Source of the DNA: an uncultured archaeon
GTDB lineage: Archaea > Asgardarchaeota > Lokiarchaeia > Sigyniarchaeales > SOKP01
Length of the DNA: 64,000 bases
NCBI GenBank assembly: GCA_964486045.1
Contig: CAZALK010000001.1
Span: forward strand, 128,001 to 192,000
Reading direction: 5' to 3'
Shown: positions 58,508 through 64,000 of the stretch, piece by piece
Layout: each line of letters begins with the position of its first letter
How positions within the stretch are numbered: the first letter of the stretch is position 1
Notes under the pieces: model-generated
Database searches by the model: none
Seen by the model: only the letters and a program-made list of their open reading frames with translations
Told to the model about the DNA's origin: nothing
Program-made: the position numbers and the translations under genes

Positions 58508-58825
58508 ATGAGAGAAATTGAGGAAATTGGCACTTGCCCCAATTGTGATTGTTCTCTAATGATTTACAAAACAAATAATTATAAGAGATTCGTCAAATGT
58601 GAGATATGCGGTATGTCCTATCCACTGCCAAAAAGAGGGAAGATCAGTAATTCTGCCTTATTATGCCCTCGGAAAAAAGTACCGGTGTTGATTATTGAAA
58701 AGCCTAAACAGAAAGCGTATTTCTGGGCAGACATGCCCTGTTTTAGTTGTATAGATACCGATAATTGTGAGAGAACTCAGGAACTTATTTCTGAATTTAA
58801 AGAATTGCAGGTGTATGGCTATTAG
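58508..58825 (+). CDS. Multi-cysteine zinc-ribbon protein (topoisomerase IA C-terminal ribbon-like)
   Basis: IGTCPNC..L..YKT...KRFVKCEIC..SYPLP..G.I......CP, CFSC. Confidence 0.78.
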   Translation: MREIEEIGTCPNCDCSLMIYKTNNYKRFVKCEICGMSYPLPKRGKISNSALLCPRKKVPVLIIEKPKQKAYFWADMPCFSCIDTDNCERTQELISEFKELQVYGY

Positions 58826-59825
58826 GAATCATAGAAAAGTAACTACATTGATTTTTTTTGCATCTTTAATTCTTTTCTTTGGTAGTTTTAATATACTGAA
58901 CCGATCTCCTTTACAAAAAAATAATGCTAATCCAAAAATGAGTGGACCAGATCTCCCTGATAAAGTTTATTTATTTCAATCCCCTCAAGATACTCTTATG
59001 CTAAATGATATAGTCCTAGAGCAATATTATGTATATTACCTATATGTTGAAATTGTAACACCATATAACTGCTCGATAAAGATCACTCTTTGGGATCCTG
59101 AAAGTAAACAATTTAATATTTTTGAAAGTGGCCTGTTTGTTGAGCCGGAAGGCGCCAATTATTTTGAAATACCGTTTGGAACCGCATTAGCAGGTGATTA
59201 TGATATTAAGGTTGAAGTTATTACCCTTGGAAATGTAAATGTTTATATCAAGATGGAAAAGGGCCCAAAATGTTTATATGATAAAATTCCGATGGAAGAG
59301 GTTGATGATATTAAGCTTTACCAGGTCACTCGTTTTTCTAATGAAATGAATATTAATCATACGGTACTGTTTACCACCGATTATATGTACAAATTTTACG
59401 TGGGAAGAGTTTCTCCTATCTCGGTAATGGAAAATAATAAAGTACGGCTTGATTTTACTATAAAAGATCCTGAGGGAATTATTTATCCTATCTTCTTAAA
59501 CGCAACTCTTGTAGAAATCGATGATATAGCCCGGTTTAAGTTTGGAACCGCTATTGGTGGTCTCTATACGTTTGATATAACTATATATAGTAGTGTGGGG
59601 TATGTTAATATCGGCTACTCAATTATCCAGATGTATCAGATAGGTGTCGGACCAGAAGTGAACCAGACCGAACCGACTAATAGCTCAACTGTAGTTAATC
59701 GCTATTTTACAATGCCTATCGAATGGACCATAGGGATATTGGGGTTTATGGGAACGATTTCAGCTATTGTCTTAGTTATCTTGTATAAACAAAAAAATAA
59801 AAATGTCATAAGTTCTGATTTTTAA
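58815..59825 (+). CDS. Exported beta-rich protein with C-terminal membrane anchor and internal duplication
   Basis: Signal-like N-terminus, repeated DPE...FGTA(L/I)xGxY motif, C-terminal TM plus basic tail; ATG at 58815. Confidence 0.75.
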   Translation: MAIRNHRKVTTLIFFASLILFFGSFNILNRSPLQKNNANPKMSGPDLPDKVYLFQSPQDTLMLNDIVLEQYYVYYLYVEIVTPYNCSIKITLWDPESKQFNIFESGLFVEPEGANYFEIPFGTALAGDYDIKVEVITLGNVNVYIKMEKGPKCLYDKIPMEEVDDIKLYQVTRFSNEMNINHTVLFTTDYMYKFYVGRVSPISVMENNKVRLDFTIKDPEGIIYPIFLNATLVEIDDIARFKFGTAIGGLYTFDITIYSSVGYVNIGYSIIQMYQIGVGPEVNQTEPTNSSTVVNRYFTMPIEWTIGILGFMGTISAIVLVILYKQKNKNVISSDF

Positions 59826-59938
59826 ACCGATGACTTTTTGTTTCTACATGTTCAAACAATCGATCTCCAAATCTATATATAAATTGATTTTATAATTTAT
59901 CTGTTGGACCAAATAAGATATAATTTCTTTCGTGAAAT

Positions 59939-61783
59939 ATGAATAGATTAAACGAATCGGAACATAAACTAGCAGAACGCGTTAAAGAACTTACTTGCCT
60001 TTATAGTATATCTAAACTTATTGAGAATCCCGATATAACTCCAGAAGGAATAATACAAGGAACCGTAAATTTGATCTCGCTTGCATTTCAATATCCTGAA
60101 ATAGTGTGTACAAGAATAAAATTTAAAAATAAAGAGTTTAGAACGGACAATTTCAAAAAATCTGAATGGAAACTCGCTTCCACTTTAACTATAAGAGATG
60201 AGAAGATGCAAATTGAGGCCTATTATTTTGAGGACAAATCCTTTCTCAAAGAGGAAGAATCATTGTTGGAAGAAATAGGCCATCGCATAAAGATAATTTT
60301 GGAACAAAGAGAAATACAGCAAGAATTGAAAGAATCTGAAGAAAAATACCGCACTATCAGTGAACAATCTTTCATGGGGATAATAATTGTTCAAGATCGA
60401 ATGATAAAATATGCAAATGAATATTTACCAAGAATTTTGGGATTTAGTCTTCAAGAAATAACAAAGTGGTCGGTACTAGATTTTTTCAAATTGATTCATC
60501 CTGAAGATGTAAATATTGCGATAAAACGATTTCAACAAATACAAACGGAAAGTACTATTGAATCTAATTCTTACAGAGTATTTACTAAATCAAAAAAAAT
60601 AATATGGATCGACGTAAATTCGAGAATTATTCAATTTCAAGGAAATAGGGCAATTATGGCTACTCTCGTTGATCGGACTATTGAAAAAAGAGCAGAACAA
60701 CAAATAAAGGAATCTGAACAAAAATATAGGCTCATTATGGATAATGCCAATGATTTAATTGCCGTATTTGACCAAAAACTCAATAACAAGTATATGAATG
60801 AGGGATATAAAGAGATATTAGGATATTCAAAAGATGAATTGTATAAGTCTAACGCTTTAGAATTCATTCATCCCGATGATAAAAGATTAGCAATTGAAAG
60901 TTTTCGAAGGGGGCTAAAAACAGGAACTGGTAAGGAAGAATTAAGAGTTCGACATAAAGATGGTACGTACATATGGTTTGATGTAAAAGGAAGTACGTTC
61001 AACAGTATAAATGGTGAATTAAATGCCCTGATTATTTCTAGGGATATTAGCAAGCGAAAAAAGGCTGAGGAAAAGCTAAGAGAATTAAATAATTTAAAAT
61101 CTGAATTTCTGAGAAGAGCTTCACATGAATTAAAAACCCCGTTAATATCAATTAAAGGGTATTCCGACTTAATTCTAAGTCTATATGGTAATCAGTTCGA
61201 GCCAAAAGTTATTGAGTACTTGAATGAAATTGGTCATGGTTGTGAACGTCTTCAGTATATCATTAATGATATTTTAAAATCTTCTCAACTAGAATCAATT
61301 GATTCAAAGCCAGTTTTACAAGAAGAGGATTTATCATTTCTCATAAAATATTGTGTAAATGAATTAGAGCCTTTCGCAATAAAAAGAAATCAATCTATTG
61401 AATTAGATATTCAAAAACAACTAATGCTAAATATAGAAAAAGAAGAAATTCACGACGTTCTTTCAAACTTACTCTCTAACGCAATTAAGTACACTCCCCG
61501 AGATGGAAAGATTGAGGTAAAAACAGAAATAAAAGATGGATTTGTTGTGATATCTGTAATTGATAATGGGATTGGCTTCACGGATGATCAGAAAGAAATG
61601 GTATTTAAACGCTTCGGAAAAATCGAACGATATGGTCAAGGGATTGATTTAGGAATTGATGGAACTGGTTTAGGATTATACATTTCAAAAGGTATTGTAG
61701 AATCGCATGGGGGGAAAATCTGGTTGGAATCAGAGGGATCTCAAAAAGGTACTTCTTTTTATTTCACTATCCCAATTACTTGA
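59939..61783 (+). CDS. PAS-PAS sensor histidine kinase (classical HisKA)
   Basis: ERVKELTCLY N-domain, two PAS, SHELKTPL, NLLSNAIKY, DNGIG, GTGLGL. Confidence 0.94.
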   Translation: MNRLNESEHKLAERVKELTCLYSISKLIENPDITPEGIIQGTVNLISLAFQYPEIVCTRIKFKNKEFRTDNFKKSEWKLASTLTIRDEKMQIEAYYFEDKSFLKEEESLLEEIGHRIKIILEQREIQQELKESEEKYRTISEQSFMGIIIVQDRMIKYANEYLPRILGFSLQEITKWSVLDFFKLIHPEDVNIAIKRFQQIQTESTIESNSYRVFTKSKKIIWIDVNSRIIQFQGNRAIMATLVDRTIEKRAEQQIKESEQKYRLIMDNANDLIAVFDQKLNNKYMNEGYKEILGYSKDELYKSNALEFIHPDDKRLAIESFRRGLKTGTGKEELRVRHKDGTYIWFDVKGSTFNSINGELNALIISRDISKRKKAEEKLRELNNLKSEFLRRASHELKTPLISIKGYSDLILSLYGNQFEPKVIEYLNEIGHGCERLQYIINDILKSSQLESIDSKPVLQEEDLSFLIKYCVNELEPFAIKRNQSIELDIQKQLMLNIEKEEIHDVLSNLLSNAIKYTPRDGKIEVKTEIKDGFVVISVIDNGIGFTDDQKEMVFKRFGKIERYGQGIDLGIDGTGLGLYISKGIVESHGGKIWLESEGSQKGTSFYFTIPIT

Positions 61784-61968
61784 ATTGGAAAACTAAATTT
61801 CAAAATCCTATATTTTTAGTAAACTTATTTCCGTAGAAAATTCATTTTATCGCAATTAACAAATAAATGTTAGTCCTTGATGTTATTTTGCCTGTAAAAC
61901 TAAGATCATTAAATTTGTGGGAAAGTGACAAATGTTTTTAAGGAAACCGTACTTTCCTATTTTTAAAA

Positions 61969-63336
61969 ATGATAGATGTACTATTATTAAATCCTTATCA
62001 GAGAAAAGGAAATTCATTAGGGTCATATAGAGATAAAATTAAGTTTCCTGTTCTTAGTTTGTTACATTTGGCATCTTTTTTAGAAAAGGAGGGATTTAGG
62101 GTTGAAATTCTGGATCTTAACATTAAATTGTTAAGAAACAAAAATATTTTACGAGTAATAAAAGAAAAAAATCCAATAGTAATCGGAATTACCTCTACTA
62201 TTGCATCTATATATGAAGCTTACAGGTTAGCTAAATTAATTAAATCGAGTTTTAAGATCCCATTGGTTATTGGGGGACCACATGCTACTTTTTCCGATGA
62301 GGAAATCTTAAATAAATCAAATTTTGATATAGTTGTGAGGGGAGAAGGGGAAGAAATTCTTAATGAAATTGTAAAAACTATTAAGAGAGGGCATAACCTT
62401 GACGATGTTAGTGGAATAAGTTATAAAAAAGACGGAAAAATCGTTAAAAATAATTCTCGGGAGTTTATTGCAGATTTGGATAAATTGCCTTTTGCAGCAA
62501 GACATTTAGTACCCCTTGAAAAATATGAATCTCATGCTTTTACGTTTATAACTTCGAGGGGATGTCCTTTTAATTGTGGTTTTTGCCAAGTTTCCGGAAA
62601 AGATGGGTTAAAGTGGAGATATCGATCTGCAACGAATATTATTGAAGAGATTAAACTAGTGCTCAGAAACTATCCTAACGTAAAAAAGGTGAGTGGCCCA
62701 GAAGGCAAGAGACCGATGGTTTTTTTTGTTGATGATAATTTTATGGTGTCTATCAAGAGAGTAGAAGAAATATGTAATATGATAATAGAACAAGGAATTA
62801 ATATTTATTGGGATGCAAATGCTAGAGTCGATACTATAGCGAATATTAGTGAAGAAAGATTGGAATTATTGAAAAAATCCGGCTGCCTGCATATATTTTT
62901 AGGTGTTGAGTCAGGTTCTGAAAAAATTTTGAAATCTTTCAACAAGCAAATAATAAAAAGTGATATTCTAAAATCTGCTGAAAGGTTAAAGAAAAAAGGA
63001 ATTTTTTTTACTGCCTCCTTCTTGTTAGGGTATATAGATGAAACAAAATCTGATTTGAAAGCAACCATACAGTTTGCTAAAAAGATGGACCCTACAATAG
63101 TATCTTTCAGAATTTTAATCCCTCTCCCGGGCACAAAAATTTATGAGAAATATGTAAAAGAAGATTTAATCATAGATTTCAATTACTCTAATTATACTTC
63201 GGGAAAACAAATCATAAAACATAAAGAAAACCTAGAAAGATGGTTGCTAAAGTGTTACCTGATGTTTTATTTAAGACTAAGAAAAGCATATTTAGATTTA
63301 GGAATGTGGAAAATAATATTTCAAATATTTAGTTAA
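61969..63336 (+). CDS. B12-binding radical SAM protein (class B methyltransferase-like)
   Basis: GGPHAT, GEGE, SRGCPFNCGFC, DDNF, GVESG. Confidence 0.93.
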   Translation: MIDVLLLNPYQRKGNSLGSYRDKIKFPVLSLLHLASFLEKEGFRVEILDLNIKLLRNKNILRVIKEKNPIVIGITSTIASIYEAYRLAKLIKSSFKIPLVIGGPHATFSDEEILNKSNFDIVVRGEGEEILNEIVKTIKRGHNLDDVSGISYKKDGKIVKNNSREFIADLDKLPFAARHLVPLEKYESHAFTFITSRGCPFNCGFCQVSGKDGLKWRYRSATNIIEEIKLVLRNYPNVKKVSGPEGKRPMVFFVDDNFMVSIKRVEEICNMIIEQGINIYWDANARVDTIANISEERLELLKKSGCLHIFLGVESGSEKILKSFNKQIIKSDILKSAERLKKKGIFFTASFLLGYIDETKSDLKATIQFAKKMDPTIVSFRILIPLPGTKIYEKYVKEDLIIDFNYSNYTSGKQIIKHKENLERWLLKCYLMFYLRLRKAYLDLGMWKIIFQIFS

Positions 63337-63340
63337 GTAC

Positions 63341-63360
63341 TTTTATTTTATTTTTTTTTT
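63341..63360 (+). terminator. Oligo-T archaeal terminator candidate
   Basis: TTTTATTTTA followed by T10, right after the stop at 63336. Confidence 0.45.
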
Positions 63361-63469
63361 AATTCGCACCATTCCTTGCAGAAATTAAGACTCAAGCTAT
63401 TGTTCCATGTCCTTAAAATATCCCCCAATATCGAGAAAAAGAAGGATATGGTTTTTAGTAAAGCGATAA

Positions 63470-63883
63470 TTAGAAAGAATATGTCTTCAATTTTAATGTA
63501 GGGAATATGTTTCCTATACTTTTTTCAGTGGTATGGAATGTAAATTTCTTATTTAAGGCATAAGCGATGGCAAAACAATCGTTATATGACAGAATCTTAG
63601 CATGTTGGCATTTTAATAGACCTGCTTTAATTATAAGAGATTGATTCAAATTTACTAATTTAATCGGAAAAGTATTAAGAAATGTCGCTAATATCGTTTC
63701 TGCTGCAACTTTTCCACTTAATTTGCATATATGAAAAAAGGTTTCAGCCATAAGAGGAGATAGAACGTGAGCTTCAACAGTTTCCTCCTTGATAGTTTTA
63801 AAAAGTTGCAAAATTGATTGAGGAGCGTCTTTAGAATATAGGAGTGTGATCATTCCTGTATCTAAACAAATTACTTTTCCCAT
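63470..63883 (-). CDS. vapC: PIN-domain toxin (VapC)
   Basis: ICLDTG, AE, LSYNDCFAIAYA, TTE; TAATG overlap with the upstream ORF. Confidence 0.85.
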   Translation of the reverse strand: MGKVICLDTGMITLLYSKDAPQSILQLFKTIKEETVEAHVLSPLMAETFFHICKLSGKVAAETILATFLNTFPIKLVNLNQSLIIKAGLLKCQHAKILSYNDCFAIAYALNKKFTFHTTEKSIGNIFPTLKLKTYSF

Positions 63884-63999
63884 TATGTTTCCCTACTTAA
63901 TTCTTCTGCTTTACTCTTTTTCATTTGATTTAGCATTTCTTTTGTATTGTAAGATTTTTTTTTCAATTCATCTATATCCTTCAAGGGAATAATCTTCAA
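63883..63999 (-). CDS. 3' end of a probable antitoxin (VapB, AbrB-type); truncated by the window edge
   Basis: ...LKIIPLKDIDELKKKSYNTKEMLNQMKKSKAEELSRET*; its stop overlaps the vapC ATG. Confidence 0.7.
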   Translation of the reverse strand: MKIIPLKDIDELKKKSYNTKEMLNQMKKSKAEELSRET

Positions 64000-64000
64000 T

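Noticed and set aside
677-63134. About 35 short ORFs (60-119 aa) in the track lying antisense to or inside long genes, e.g. 677..892, 33318..33677, 37197..37532, 62805..63134
   Set aside because: Shadow frames of well-supported genes, with no motifs or ribosome-binding sites.
61969-63336. Assigning the B12 radical SAM genes (also 38215..39483) to GDGT ring synthesis or lipid methylation
   Set aside because: The motifs identify only the broad family; a specific function cannot be read from the sequence.
1-64000. tRNA, rRNA, IS elements, integrases, proviral genes
   Set aside because: No cloverleaf-like GC-rich segment, rRNA-like tract, transposase or integrase motif, or terminal inverted repeat was found by eye.

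Overview
An AT-rich (about 30% GC by eye), gene-dense archaeal chromosomal segment, most likely from an Asgard archaeon of the Lokiarchaeia type. That assignment is inferred from a Rag/Arf-like small GTPase, two MglA-like GTPases, a roadblock protein, a DENN/longin-like protein, many PAS-histidine kinases, CDC48 with an HbYX tail and GGTGA-type ribosome-binding sites. The window holds a putative hsp20-cdc48-regulator-zincin heat-shock operon, an interrupted DNA adenine methyltransferase, and a histidine-kinase duplication region around a 1797-aa surface glycoprotein with 11 Ig-like repeats. It also holds metVF with a cystathionine gamma-synthase-like gene, assorted hydrolases and redox enzymes, a nucleic-acid-processing cluster (CoiA-like, DEDD exonuclease, NYN RNase, TFB-core-like, divergent FEN1) and a vapBC pair at the right edge. 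I saw no rRNA, tRNA, CRISPR array or transposase. Four signals stand out. (1) Four genes appear to initiate at NUA codons (TTA, ATA, ATA, GTA) placed 5-6 nt behind strong Shine-Dalgarno motifs. (2) A stand-alone protein resembles the eukaryotic Arb2/FAM172A (ARB2A) domain. (3) A DENN-like protein lies near small GTPases. (4) A decayed kinase copy, missing from the ORF track, flanks the giant surface-protein gene. All family assignments come from motif reading and recalled consensus sequences, not database searches.
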